A stretch of 64,000 nucleotides of DNA from a virus. Shown one piece after another: positions 9,732 to 20,205 of the stretch; position 1 is the first letter of the stretch; every line of letters begins with the position of its first letter. Position numbers and translations under genes: made by a program. A model generated the notes under the pieces. It searched no databases. It was given only the letters and a program-made list of their open reading frames with translations, and was not told the DNA's origin. The stretch lies in the IMG/VR virus record IMGVR_UViG_3300006899_000005. One strand, 5' to 3'.

Positions 9732-12700
9732 GTGAGGAAAAATCCACGCTACCCGTCCGTTATCAACCCTGATGGTCAGGCTCCCCTGGCGAGGTTGAGG
9801 GCTGCCATCGAAGGAAAACTGGTACAGGGGAAGCGGATACCGCCAGAAAGGGCAGCCGAGGGAGTGGCCAGCTTGTGGAGCGAGTCGCTCCTTGCATCCG
9901 AGCGTGGGGCCGGGTTCGAGTTCTATAAGAACGCCCTGGCGAGCTGGTTGACCAACAAGAAATCAACGACGAGGCGTTCCTACATCGGGACGCTCGTCTA
10001 CTTCTTCGATTTCGTTTCCCGTCGAAGGTCGGAAGGTGGTGCCCAGCTACGGCTGATCGCTCCTCACCAGCTCAGGCAAGACGACGTGGACGCCTACGTG
10101 GAGCACCTGAGGAGGCCGGAGAAGTCGCCCGAGGAGCTGACGGACCCCGACGAGCGCCTGGTCTTCGAGTGGATGTTCCACGAGCTTTCGTCAAGGCCGG
10201 ACATCATGTCCTCCGCCGCGATCGACGCGATGAGGAAAGAGGGCATCGATGTGTCATTCAAGGACTACGAGCCTCAGCGAGGGTTCTCGGCGGCTCCTGC
10301 GAAGGAATACTCAAGCTTCGACTACATCATCGCCTCCCTGTGCCGCAAGCGCCTGCTCTCCAGGATCATTCCGAAGGCAGACGCGCCTGGCAAGGGCAAG
10401 GAAGGAAAACCGTCCAGGCTCATGCTGAAGAGCGAGTCGAGCGTCAACGAGTACAGAATACTGCTGGCCTCATCAAAGCCAAGCAACTCCGTCTCGACGC
10501 AGGTCCAGAGGCTCGCTGCCCTGTCCAGCTTCTGGCAGCACATGCTCTCGTCCAACAAGCTCGGCATGAGCCGGAAGCCATCGGCCCTGGAGCCGATCGA
10601 CCCCTGGAAGGAGCCCGCTGCCGTCTTGACGCGAGGCAAGCCGTCCGACCAGATGCTCAAGACGGCCAGGAAGATGTCCGAAGGGGACCTGAAGAAGGCG
10701 CTGGCGAAGCTGGCGAAGGACGTGCTCGACCAGCCCGGCGGTCTCGTCACGATCAAGAACGTCCTCGCCGCCCGCGACGAACTGGCCATCTATTTCTTCG
10801 TATGCACGGCGCTCCGCCGCTCGGAGGGCATGATGGCGCGAGCCGAAAACGCAACGCGAGCCGCGGAGGCCATCGCCGTCGACCCAACGGGAAGCCTGCT
10901 TCTGCTGTCCGGCATCCAGAAGAAGGGTCGGAGGCAGCAGGAGTCCGTCTTCGTACCCGACATGGTCTTGAAGCTCAGGTCGCGCCTGTTCGATCTGATG
11001 GAGAAGTTCATTCAGGACTCACCCGCGTTTCTTGAGCGAGCCCACTCGGAAATGGAACAGGAAATGTTCGACCGTGCCAAGCGGCGCAGGGTCCACTTCA
11101 ACAAGACGTTCGAGAAGGCACTGAGGCATCGCGACCGAGGCCCCATCGTCCCCGCGCTCGGCAGGTGGGGCAACGCGATGGGGAAGGCCCAGCAGAAGGC
11201 GATCGAGACCAGCGTCCAGACGCCGGACGAGGACTACTCCCAGGTGGCCATGGATGGCAGAAGTCTACTGGCCAGGATGCAGCAGCTATCGGACAAGGAA
11301 GAGCGCAAGATCAAGTATCACCCCCACGCGCTCCGTCACCTGTCGGTCATGCTGTCGGAAGGCGTGGGAGACAACGCGGCCCTGGCCCAGGCAATAGCTG
11401 GCCACCGCTCGGCGGCGACCACGGACGTGTACCGAGACATGGTGTCCCTCAACGCCATGGCCGTGCTCAAGGTGAGCGCCAGGGTGTCGGACATGATGCA
11501 GGAGGCGTACGGACAGGTACCTCCTCAGCGCCGTGACGGCGAGGGCGTTGTTTCCGTGCCCCAGGAGGAGACCAAGCCCGTCGAGGTGGAGGTCCAGCCG
11601 GCAGAGGCCAAGCCTGAGCCTCCCAAGGAGGACACGAAGCTGGCCGACCTGGCGAAGGCAAAGGCGGAGCGCGAGCGGATCATCCGGGAGTACAACAAGG
11701 ACTTTGATCGTGCCGCCAGGGCATCGGCGGAGGCCATGGCTGCGGCGGCCGACATGGCGCCACGTCCTCCCATGGAGACGTTCATGCCGGTCACGACGCC
11801 TCCCGTGGCGAAGCCTGCGACCATCTCCGCCTTCACGTCCGGAGAGGACAAGAAGAAGCGCAAGTCGTACAAGCTCGTCCTCAACGGCATCAAGCCGGCC
11901 AGGTGGTTCCTCGACGCAACGCACTACCAGGGAAAGTTCTCGGACGCCTGGAGGGAGCCCATCTTCCTCAACGTCGAGCAGTACAAGGGCTACATCTCGG
12001 AGGGAATGATCCCAGATGGCCACGTCCTGTCGTGGTTCGAGCAGGACGTTCCCTGGATCTCCAGGGCCATGGTCGTTTCGGGACCGAGGACTGGCCTGCC
12101 CTACCGGATCGCGGCCAATCGCAAGGACGAGGCGGACGTCAGCTTCTCGGAGGAGGAGCTTGGGCTGACCGAGGCTTCTCGGATGAAGAAGAACCCGAGA
12201 AAGAAGTCCAAGGGAGACTTTCGTCTCGTCTACCTACCCGTGCTCGACCTGAGCAGCCCTGGATGGAACAGGGAGATGATGGACAGGGTCAACGCACTCT
12301 ACGAGGAGAAGAGGCGGTCTGACCCACCTTCCGCCAAGTCGATGACGAGGTGGATGGCTGCGATCCTGACTTCCTCCAGGCAGGTCGAAGAATCGGGGAA
12401 GTCTGTTTGGGTCCCCGAGGACCACAGCTTCGTCGTCCAGGGCAAGGACACGATGTCCCTTGTCGAGGAGTCCAGGGTTTCGGAGGGAAAGCCTGTATTC
12501 CGTCGCCACCTAGCCTCAGAGGTCGCCGACTTCCTTGAGAACGTTGGATCGACGTACTACGGCGCCATCGGCAAGATGATCCGGTTCAACGACGCCAACA
12601 AGGCGGAGTCGAAGGCGGACGAGGCCATCATGGCTGCCCTTGATGACGTGGAGGACTTCCAGAGCATGAAGGTTGGGACCTTCCTGAGGAAGTACAAGCT

Positions 12701-14312
12701 ACCTTTGTGGATCACGGCCACCGACGACCCGCTCGGCGATGAGATGCACGGGCTGCCTTCAGACGAAATGAAGCAGCTCAAGTCGCTGCTGAACTCCTAC
12801 ATGGACCAGGGTACGGCCATCGTGTCCTTCACGGCAGAGGCTTCTTCGCTGGCGGACTTTTGGGACATCATCCGTCCTTTCGCGTCCACAGAGGCAAGGA
12901 CGATCGACATCCGCCAGGGCTCGAAGCCTTTCTTTCTCCAGGATGACCTGGACAGGTTTATCGCCGTCCATCAGGTCGACCCTATCGTCTGCTGTCGAAG
13001 GTTCCTCAGAAACCTGTGGGAGATTCACAAGGCAGGAAAGAACCACTTTCTTGCGAGAGACAAGACGAAGATCAAGAAAGACCAGATCGATCAGATATGG
13101 GGTCTCATGTGGTCGTGGGTCCTTCCATCTTCCGAGATGTCGTCTCAGATGGTAGCGTCGTCAGGGCAGACCCCGTCCGATGTGACCATGTCGAAGGTTT
13201 TTGAGAGGCTATCGGACACCATGTCCTTCGAGAGCCTCTTCGTGTCCGTCAAGGACATCATGGAGAGGTTCATGGCAATGGCTGACGATGCCACGAAGAG
13301 GTCGGCCGCGATGACGATTCGTGAGAAGAGAAGCTCGTTGGAAGACTTCGACTACTTCGTATCCGACTGCGCAAAGATGATCGTGGAGCAGCACGGAAAG
13401 TCCTTTTCTGATCCTCAGACCATGTCCGAGTCGATGGCGAGGGCCATCTCCACAGCCTTCCAGTCAAGGTTTGGTTCAGACGATTCTCTCAAAAAAGAGG
13501 CCAAGGAAGGGTTCTCCGCCTCAACGGTGGAAGAGGTTGTTCCGAGGTATGCCAAGATTTTCAAGGACTCCGCTTCCTCCATGTCGGTGTTCGCCGCCAG
13601 GCTTATGATAGAATCATCGTCCCAGCTCAGAACGATCGCAACTGGCGGCATGGGCGAGGAATACATGGGCCTTTCGGAACATGAGAAAGGTGTGTTCAAT
13701 GAGAGAGATGTCGGAGGATCCGTCAGAACTACGGCGGAGCAAGGCTCCTTCTCGAAGGAGGTCGTTCGAGGAGACGAAGACGATCTTCAGTCGATGGTCG
13801 CAGAGACGAAGGCGCTTGCCAGGGAGGCGTCCATCTTGAATGTCGATGAAGACGTTTCAGCGGATCTTGCGTCCTACATCGTCAAGCCGTCCATCAAGGA
13901 CGCTGGGCAGAGAAAGGCCCTCGCCATGGGGTTCATGAAGGAGCTTCGTCCGAGGTACGAAGTTCTCAAGGCCAGGGTAGCTCTGACCAAGTTCGCCTCT
14001 GCCAACCCCGAGTCTTTCGCCGAGGCGCTAGACGTCCTCGATTCTTATAGGCCAGGAAAAACGGACACGCTGGAAGGCTACAAGTCCTTCGTCAAGAAGG
14101 CAGACGAGGTCATGGGCGCCGTTCGACGCGGAGGCAGGAGGACGCCCAAGATGAAGCCGAACAAGGAGCTTCTGTCGGGCGATTTTGGGCCCATCAATAC
14201 GGGGCCTGGAATCTTCCCTGCTCTGAGGCTCTTGCGTGGGATTCGACTTTCGATCCCCACCGTGCTCTTCTTTATCCATGCGCAACCGAAAGAAGCTGGG
14301 CGACGCCGCTGA
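9732..14312 (+). CDS. very large tyrosine recombinase/integrase-domain protein
   Basis: SAM-like N-domain, TALRRSE (R), KKG (K), HALRH, AGHRS...TTDVY catalytic set; about 950-aa C-terminal extension. Confidence 0.85.
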   Translation: MRKNPRYPSVINPDGQAPLARLRAAIEGKLVQGKRIPPERAAEGVASLWSESLLASERGAGFEFYKNALASWLTNKKSTTRRSYIGTLVYFFDFVSRRRSEGGAQLRLIAPHQLRQDDVDAYVEHLRRPEKSPEELTDPDERLVFEWMFHELSSRPDIMSSAAIDAMRKEGIDVSFKDYEPQRGFSAAPAKEYSSFDYIIASLCRKRLLSRIIPKADAPGKGKEGKPSRLMLKSESSVNEYRILLASSKPSNSVSTQVQRLAALSSFWQHMLSSNKLGMSRKPSALEPIDPWKEPAAVLTRGKPSDQMLKTARKMSEGDLKKALAKLAKDVLDQPGGLVTIKNVLAARDELAIYFFVCTALRRSEGMMARAENATRAAEAIAVDPTGSLLLLSGIQKKGRRQQESVFVPDMVLKLRSRLFDLMEKFIQDSPAFLERAHSEMEQEMFDRAKRRRVHFNKTFEKALRHRDRGPIVPALGRWGNAMGKAQQKAIETSVQTPDEDYSQVAMDGRSLLARMQQLSDKEERKIKYHPHALRHLSVMLSEGVGDNAALAQAIAGHRSAATTDVYRDMVSLNAMAVLKVSARVSDMMQEAYGQVPPQRRDGEGVVSVPQEETKPVEVEVQPAEAKPEPPKEDTKLADLAKAKAERERIIREYNKDFDRAARASAEAMAAAADMAPRPPMETFMPVTTPPVAKPATISAFTSGEDKKKRKSYKLVLNGIKPARWFLDATHYQGKFSDAWREPIFLNVEQYKGYISEGMIPDGHVLSWFEQDVPWISRAMVVSGPRTGLPYRIAANRKDEADVSFSEEELGLTEASRMKKNPRKKSKGDFRLVYLPVLDLSSPGWNREMMDRVNALYEEKRRSDPPSAKSMTRWMAAILTSSRQVEESGKSVWVPEDHSFVVQGKDTMSLVEESRVSEGKPVFRRHLASEVADFLENVGSTYYGAIGKMIRFNDANKAESKADEAIMAALDDVEDFQSMKVGTFLRKYKLPLWITATDDPLGDEMHGLPSDEMKQLKSLLNSYMDQGTAIVSFTAEASSLADFWDIIRPFASTEARTIDIRQGSKPFFLQDDLDRFIAVHQVDPIVCCRRFLRNLWEIHKAGKNHFLARDKTKIKKDQIDQIWGLMWSWVLPSSEMSSQMVASSGQTPSDVTMSKVFERLSDTMSFESLFVSVKDIMERFMAMADDATKRSAAMTIREKRSSLEDFDYFVSDCAKMIVEQHGKSFSDPQTMSESMARAISTAFQSRFGSDDSLKKEAKEGFSASTVEEVVPRYAKIFKDSASSMSVFAARLMIESSSQLRTIATGGMGEEYMGLSEHEKGVFNERDVGGSVRTTAEQGSFSKEVVRGDEDDLQSMVAETKALAREASILNVDEDVSADLASYIVKPSIKDAGQRKALAMGFMKELRPRYEVLKARVALTKFASANPESFAEALDVLDSYRPGKTDTLEGYKSFVKKADEVMGAVRRGGRRTPKMKPNKELLSGDFGPINTGPGIFPALRLLRGIRLSIPTVLFFIHAQPKEAGRRR

Positions 14313-14766
14313 AGAGTTCGTCAAGCCGTTCGTATCGGCTGCCTTCGGCCTCAAGGTGGCCGACCTGTTCAAGGTCCCCACGCCGACGAAGCAGGACAAG
14401 AACGGCAAGATCATCTACGACGAGAAGTCGATCGCGGACTACACCGGCTTCATGATGGACGGGACGGCCCGGCATGTCGCCGTCGAGGTCAAGCGCTGCT
14501 CTGCGCCATCCATCCCCTTCGACTACGTGTCGCCGCACCAGTGGGAGTACCTGTCCAGGGCAAAGGCGGCGGGCTCTGTGTGCGTCGTTCTGGTCGTTCA
14601 CCCGAGGGGCATCACGAACGACGTGCTGGAGCTGGACTGGGGCCTCTTCGAGGCGTACCGGAAGCAAGGTCTACGGAAGAGCGTACCCCTTGACGATTCG
14701 AGGGTCAGGAATGTGACGACTCTTTCTTTTCTCCGCCACTACCTTTCTTCGCCCTCGAAGCCTTGA
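14278..14766 (+). CDS. RecU-like Holliday junction resolvase (PD-(D/E)xK)
   Basis: KVPTP, ADYTG, VAVEVK, HQWEYL motifs. Confidence 0.8.
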   Translation: MRNRKKLGDAAEEFVKPFVSAAFGLKVADLFKVPTPTKQDKNGKIIYDEKSIADYTGFMMDGTARHVAVEVKRCSAPSIPFDYVSPHQWEYLSRAKAAGSVCVVLVVHPRGITNDVLELDWGLFEAYRKQGLRKSVPLDDSRVRNVTTLSFLRHYLSSPSKP

Positions 14767-14986
14767 GCGCCTCAAGGAGAGCGTCGGAAGCCTCCTTCTC
14801 CTTCCCCTCGTCCAGCAGGCGGCTTGCCTTCTCCACAGCCGTCTCCTTCGGCTCGATGCCGCGCCCAGCGGCTTCCGCCAGAAGGATGGTCTTGCAGATG
14901 GCAGACACGTCCGCTACCGCGCCCAGCGCGTCCACAACGGATGCTTCCCTGTTGGTCAGGCCAACCTTGATGATTCGGATCGCCAT
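14705..14986 (-). CDS. small protein, possible ribbon-helix-helix DNA binder
   Basis: beta-strand 'IRIIKVGL' followed by two short helices. Confidence 0.45.
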   Translation of the reverse strand: MAIRIIKVGLTNREASVVDALGAVADVSAICKTILLAEAAGRGIEPKETAVEKASRLLDEGKEKEASDALLEALKASRAKKGSGGEKKESSHS

Positions 14987-15393
14987 CAGTTCATGCCCCT
15001 TTCTTCCTCGTCGTCTTCAAAGAACCCTTCCACGATACCACTGAACATGGCCACGGCATACTCGGCCACCGTGTGGCACATGGTCTTCTCGTTGTGGATG
15101 TCGTTCATCTTGAGCTGAGCGATGACGGGACCGATGCAGTCGAGGTAGCACTCCACGAAGGTGCTCCATGCTTCTTCGTCGGAATCGGAGTCGTCCTCGA
15201 TCTCGTCCAGAAGAGCAGCGAGTGCCTCTGTCGACTTGATCGCAAGATCCTTCAGATCCTCAGGCTCTGCGACCAGCTCTTTCTTCGACATGAGAGACAA
15301 GAACACCTTCTGGTAGATTTCGATCTCCAGCTCGCGCTCCTCGTCAAAAGTCTTTCCTTCGTGCGACACGTCGAACCTTGCTTTCCTTGCCAT
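14986..15393 (-). CDS. acidic hypothetical protein
   Basis: Start MARKARF; TGATG coupling to next gene. Confidence 0.6.
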   Translation of the reverse strand: MARKARFDVSHEGKTFDEERELEIEIYQKVFLSLMSKKELVAEPEDLKDLAIKSTEALAALLDEIEDDSDSDEEAWSTFVECYLDCIGPVIAQLKMNDIHNEKTMCHTVAEYAVAMFSGIVEGFFEDDEEERGMN

Positions 15394-15454
15394 GAGGATA
15401 CGCCTAAACAAAAACCCTTGACTGTGCAAGCCGTAAAGGCAGCATGAGGACACG

Positions 15455-15958
15455 ATGTCCTTCGAGAGAAAAATCAGGCGAAAAGCAGAGAAGAAGCGGA
15501 TCAAGGGGGAGACTGGCTTCCATGGGAAGAACGAGTTCACGGACAAGATCATCGACTTCTTGGAGGGCTCGGCAGAGGTTGCCAGGGTCTTCGCCGAGTC
15601 GGCCAGGTTCGTCGCCAAGGAGTCGGGGGTTCTCATCGGACCAATGGACCTCTGCCTGCCGATCGTGCATGTGGAGAACCAGGAGTGGACCAAGTTCTTC
15701 GGCATCGAAGCTGGCCAGTTCCGCGCCTACGCCAGGGACGGGTACCTCTCTGGAACTCCCGTCCTGACGCAGAACGTCTACAACGAGGTGTTCTTCGCCC
15801 GAGAGCAGATGGCCAGCGAGCTGGCCCTGGGCCGCAGGGCTCGCCCTGACCGGCAGGGCACCTGCGTCGTGTTCCATGCGGACGGGACGGCGGAGTTCTT
15901 CTACTTCATGCTGCCGATGCGTGGCATGTCGACGTCCCATGCGGCAGAGGACCTGTAG
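15455..15958 (+). CDS. hypothetical protein
   Basis: 167-aa ORF whose start lies inside the palindrome. Confidence 0.65.
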   Translation: MSFERKIRRKAEKKRIKGETGFHGKNEFTDKIIDFLEGSAEVARVFAESARFVAKESGVLIGPMDLCLPIVHVENQEWTKFFGIEAGQFRAYARDGYLSGTPVLTQNVYNEVFFAREQMASELALGRRARPDRQGTCVVFHADGTAEFFYFMLPMRGMSTSHAAEDL

Positions 15959-15977
15959 CACGGAGACGACACGTCTG

Positions 15978-16316
15978 TCAGCTTCGGATGATACGCGGCG
16001 CGTCGAGGTTCTTCTTGTCGACGGCCTTGACGATCACGCACGAACCAGATGGCAGCAGCACGATGCTGGTGTGCTCCACGCTGAGGCCGACGACGCTGCT
16101 GGGCGTCTGAACCCTCATCTCCAGCGTCAACAGCCCATCTTGCTCCGAGATGAGCATGGCTCCGAAGGACTGCTGCATGACGGGCTGGCGGTTTTCGCCG
16201 ACCATGAGCGCCGTCTCTCCATGCTCGTCCATTCCGACGACGGGGACGGGGAGGGCGGAGATGACGTGGACGTTCTCTCCGATGAGATCCTTGTGGCTTG
16301 CGAACGTTTTCTTCAT
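15978..16316 (-). CDS. hypothetical protein
   Basis: GAGG RBS, follows glycosyltransferase. Confidence 0.55.
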   Translation of the reverse strand: MKKTFASHKDLIGENVHVISALPVPVVGMDEHGETALMVGENRQPVMQQSFGAMLISEQDGLLTLEMRVQTPSSVVGLSVEHTSIVLLPSGSCVIVKAVDKKNLDAPRIIRS

Positions 16317-16320
16317 GCGC

Positions 16321-17394
16321 TCAGCCGTACCTCTTCTTGAGCCAACGCTCAACAACATTCGGCCAGGACCACTTCTCAGCCACGTCGAACCTTCTGTTCT
16401 CGGCGTCAAGGCGAAGCTCGCCGAGGTATTCTGCCGACCGGAGGACAGCTCCAGGGATTGTCCCTTGCACCAGATCGCATCCTCCGAACTCTTCGCCGTC
16501 GATCGTCCTCGTGTCGTCGATTCCATCTTCCACGTCCACGGCGCAGTAGATGATGTCTTCCGAGAACTCACGATGGCCCGTCACGTTGGTCATCACGACG
16601 GGAACGCCGGCCGCGGCAGCCTCCAGCGGGACGAGGCCAAATCCCTCGGCTCGGCTCGGCTGGAGCACGAGGTCGAACGATCGAAGATAGTCGTGCCACG
16701 ATCCGTCGTTTGGAACCGGATTCGAATCGATGCGAACCGCGTCCTTGAACCTCGGGGCCAGGCGCTCAACGGCGTACGTGATGTCCTGCCTGACGGACAT
16801 GTCGCATCGGATCGTCAACTTGATGCTCTTGGTGTTGATCTCCTCGAACTCTCGCAGCATCGACAGCGTCCCCTTGCGGTCGCTCGCTGTGCTGGTGACG
16901 TGGAGCACGCGCAAGGGGGACTGACCAGCTACGATGCGCCTTGCTCTCTCCAATCGCTCCTCGTTCGATGCATTGCCAACGGGCAAGTAGACGCCGTGGC
17001 GAGCAACATCCACCTCGTCCAGCCCGAACTCGTTCGCCAACACGCCAGCGCCCCACGCAGAGGGAGAGATGGGCTTCACGCCGAACTTCCTGCAATCCTC
17101 CACGACGTGCTTTGGCACGCCGTTGCCGTTGGGAGCGATCATGATGAGCCGCTCCTTGTGGCGGTTGTGGTGGGCCATCAGGGACAGGTGCGTGGGGTGC
17201 CCCAGGTAGAGCCCGACGTCGTAGTCGGAACCGCTGGCGTCGAACCCGTCCTCGTCAGGAGGGGTCGTCACGTTGAGGAACGCGGCCTTGACTCCGAGCT
17301 GATCGAAGGCTCGGCGGTAGCCCTGGGCGAGCGTGTTGAAGGATCCGACGAACTGGCTTGAGTGGTAGACGCGGAAGGACGGGTACCTGGACAT
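16321..17394 (-). CDS. GT-B (GT4-like) glycosyltransferase
   Basis: RKG, PSRAEGFGLVPLEAAAAGVPVV, WSW. Confidence 0.9.
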   Translation of the reverse strand: MSRYPSFRVYHSSQFVGSFNTLAQGYRRAFDQLGVKAAFLNVTTPPDEDGFDASGSDYDVGLYLGHPTHLSLMAHHNRHKERLIMIAPNGNGVPKHVVEDCRKFGVKPISPSAWGAGVLANEFGLDEVDVARHGVYLPVGNASNEERLERARRIVAGQSPLRVLHVTSTASDRKGTLSMLREFEEINTKSIKLTIRCDMSVRQDITYAVERLAPRFKDAVRIDSNPVPNDGSWHDYLRSFDLVLQPSRAEGFGLVPLEAAAAGVPVVMTNVTGHREFSEDIIYCAVDVEDGIDDTRTIDGEEFGGCDLVQGTIPGAVLRSAEYLGELRLDAENRRFDVAEKWSWPNVVERWLKKRYG

Positions 17395-17421
17395 GATGTC
17401 CTACTACCACGTCCACGATAA

Positions 17422-18027
17422 TAAGTCTCGCTGAAAGATGCCATTCTTTGGGAAGTTTCCGCCGCGGGCCCAGGTTTCGATGGGCATGTCTCCCCTGGAA
17501 TCCTGCAACTCTTCGTTGCAAAGAACGACGTCCATGTCGTTGGCCATCTCGACGCAGTCGACAGCATACTCCCTCTCGATGTCGATCCGGTCCCTGTGCA
17601 GATCCACCTTGTCGCGCAGCTTGCGAATCTTGGCGGACGCCATACCAAAGGCTTCCTGCGCCTTCTGTAGCCTGTCTTGGTTCAGGCCCATCTCGCTCAG
17701 CTTGAATACGATGGGCCCGCTCGCGGCAAGAACTTGCCTGTCGGCGAAGAGCAGGATCTCCGACGCCGCGTACCTGGCGAGACGGACGAGCGACGATGGC
17801 TTCTTCTTGGGACCTTTCTTCTGTGGCGGAGGCGCTTCTTCGCTCCCATAACCGTGAGCCTGGGACTCCTCGACAAGCCTCCTGAAGAATGCGCCCATGT
17901 CTTGTCTCTCCAACTTCCGAGCTACCTCGTCGAACAGTCGAGAAGACGCTTCTTCGGAAGATCCGTCGTTTTCCCCATCCCAGATGCCGCCCCTCAACTC
18001 GTACTCTTTTTCTTTTTCCATGATCAA
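17422..18027 (-). CDS. hypothetical protein (TTA TTA near end; TAG at 17404 under the standard code)
   Basis: ORF in operon. Confidence 0.55.
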
Positions 18028-18875
18028 ACCTTCCTCTTGAACGCCTTCGCCTGACAGAACGAGAACTCAGGACAGCTCTTGCCGACCTGATTCAGCAGAG
18101 ACACGACCTCGGGGTCACGGTCGGTGAACTGCCGGATGGTGTTGCCGAGGATGCCCTCCAGAGCCCAGTAGGGGGCGAAGCCGACGCCACGCTCTCCAAC
18201 CTTCACGAACCCGGCCTTGTCCATGATCTCGTCCAGCTCTTCGTAGCCGAACTCGTAGGTGTGGTCGCTAGAGCAGAAGGGGACGTCGACACCGAGGAGG
18301 CGCCCCATCCGGACGTGCAGGCTGTCGCGGTTGGGCGTCGTGAGGACGAACACGCCGTCCTCCGACAGGACGTGGTGGATGGAAGCCAGCCCCGCCTCCA
18401 CGTCGCTCCAGTGCTCGATGCTCTCGACGCTGACGACCACGTCGACCGAGCCCTGCGTCATGCTCTTCTTCAGGTTCTCGACGGGTGTGGCCGAAGCAGC
18501 CATCGTCATGAACTTCGATTCGTTCTCCATGGCGTGCTTCGATACGACGTTGATCGCCTCCTGGCTTATGTCCGTGAGAAGGGCGTAGACGTAGTCGGCT
18601 CCAGCCTTCTTGAGCGCAGGGAGGAGGTAGGGCCTCATGAGCGCGGGTCTCATGCCGCATCCCACGTCGAGCAGACTGATCCACCGACCTTTTCTCATGC
18701 CAGCCAGCATGTCCTCGACGTGGCCTACCACGAGGTCCGCCACAGCCTTGTGAAGCTCCTCGTGCCGGGAGATGTCCCATGGCAGCTCGTACTTGTACGT
18801 CTCGCCGTTCTTGTACCTCTCGTCCATCGCCGAGGCGATGCCTTCGAGGTTACCGTGCTGGTATGGACCACTCAT
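18024..18875 (-). CDS. class I SAM-dependent methyltransferase
   Basis: LLDVGCG, DVVVSVESIEH, GVFVLTTPN. Confidence 0.9.
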   Translation of the reverse strand: MSGPYQHGNLEGIASAMDERYKNGETYKYELPWDISRHEELHKAVADLVVGHVEDMLAGMRKGRWISLLDVGCGMRPALMRPYLLPALKKAGADYVYALLTDISQEAINVVSKHAMENESKFMTMAASATPVENLKKSMTQGSVDVVVSVESIEHWSDVEAGLASIHHVLSEDGVFVLTTPNRDSLHVRMGRLLGVDVPFCSSDHTYEFGYEELDEIMDKAGFVKVGERGVGFAPYWALEGILGNTIRQFTDRDPEVVSLLNQVGKSCPEFSFCQAKAFKRKV

Positions 18876-20205
18876 TGAGCTTCTCCTGGGTTACGCCTGC
18901 CACTTCCATGATGAGCGACTTGGCCAACTTTCCGACCGACTTCATGCGACAGGACTCCAGGAAGCCTTCCTTCAGGAAGTTCTCCTGGGCGCCCCTGCGG
19001 TTGAAGATGGACATCATGTCCCTCGACAAGGCGTCCTCGTCCACCTTGGCCCACCGCGCCATGCCCCACCTGTAGCCAGGGTGCGCGGGCTCTGTCTCTC
19101 CGTTCCACAAGGCGGAGTAGGCGTAGTCCTCGGTGCCGCCGAAGCCGACGTGGACGATCTTGGAGCCGGCCACGAGCGCGTCGAAGGCGGGCATGTCCCA
19201 GGCTTCTCCGTGAGAAGCCGAGACGTAGCAATCTCCGAAACCGTGGAATCCCACGATCTCGTCCTCGCTCATGAACTTGGTGTTCCACAGGACGTGCTTC
19301 TTGGCGTATTCAAGGTTCCACCCAAGCTCCTTGACGCGCTGATCTTGGAGCGCAACGGACAGCGCCTCTTCAGGCGTCTTCGGGTAGCCAGCGTAGTCGC
19401 CGTAACGACTTGTCTTGAGCATGAGGACGGCGCCGTTCATGGCTGGTCCGTGCATCCGTAGGAAGGCTCGCATGAGGCCAAGGTGGTTCTTGCGTGGCTC
19501 CCACTTGCCGATGTTGTAGAAGACGTACTTCCCGTGGCCGTTCTTGTTGGCCCTCTGCTTCGCTCCGGCCAGGTCGTACCTGCGATCCTGAGGCAGCGGG
19601 TGAGGCACAACGCGAACGTTCGTGACTCCGTGCTGCATCAGGACCTGGAAGTTCCTTGTACAAGGAACCCAGACCTGGCCGAACTTCTTCATCAGCTCAA
19701 CGGCAGACCTGTCAGGCACCCTGTCGGTCTCCAAGGCCGTCATCAGGATGCGGAACCTGTACGTCTTCTCGACCTCGGATCGGTCTGCGAAACGAAAGGA
19801 TGCGGGCTCCAGGATCGACCTCAGCGAGTCGTACCTTGGCACGGAATGGTGGATGCTCACCAGGCAACGATCGACGAGCTGAGACAAGGGTCCGTCCGCG
19901 TTCCAGATGGGCTTCCTGTCCTCGGAAGCGCTCATCGCCTCCGTGTTGAGCGAGCAGCCAAGCTCCTTGAGCACGACGGGCTCGACGTCGTTGTTGAGGA
20001 CTGAACCTGCCGATCCCCTCATCTTCACAAAGACGGGCATCCCCGCGTCTCGGATCGACCGGACCATCCTCCTTGTCACCTGGCCGAAGGAATCGAATGG
20101 CTGTTCCCACGGACCATCCCAGAGGATGCCGTAGGGGGCGCCCTTTTCTTTCGAAGGAAAGGCTCCGTAATACCCCGCTGGGGCAAGCTCCTGGTCTTCC
20201 ATCAC
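18850..20205 (-). CDS. GT-B (GT4-like) glycosyltransferase
   Basis: NIGKWEPRKN, SHGEAWDMPAFDA. Confidence 0.85.
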   Translation of the reverse strand: MMEDQELAPAGYYGAFPSKEKGAPYGILWDGPWEQPFDSFGQVTRRMVRSIRDAGMPVFVKMRGSAGSVLNNDVEPVVLKELGCSLNTEAMSASEDRKPIWNADGPLSQLVDRCLVSIHHSVPRYDSLRSILEPASFRFADRSEVEKTYRFRILMTALETDRVPDRSAVELMKKFGQVWVPCTRNFQVLMQHGVTNVRVVPHPLPQDRRYDLAGAKQRANKNGHGKYVFYNIGKWEPRKNHLGLMRAFLRMHGPAMNGAVLMLKTSRYGDYAGYPKTPEEALSVALQDQRVKELGWNLEYAKKHVLWNTKFMSEDEIVGFHGFGDCYVSASHGEAWDMPAFDALVAGSKIVHVGFGGTEDYAYSALWNGETEPAHPGYRWGMARWAKVDEDALSRDMMSIFNRRGAQENFLKEGFLESCRMKSVGKLAKSLIMEVAGVTQEKLNEWSIPAR

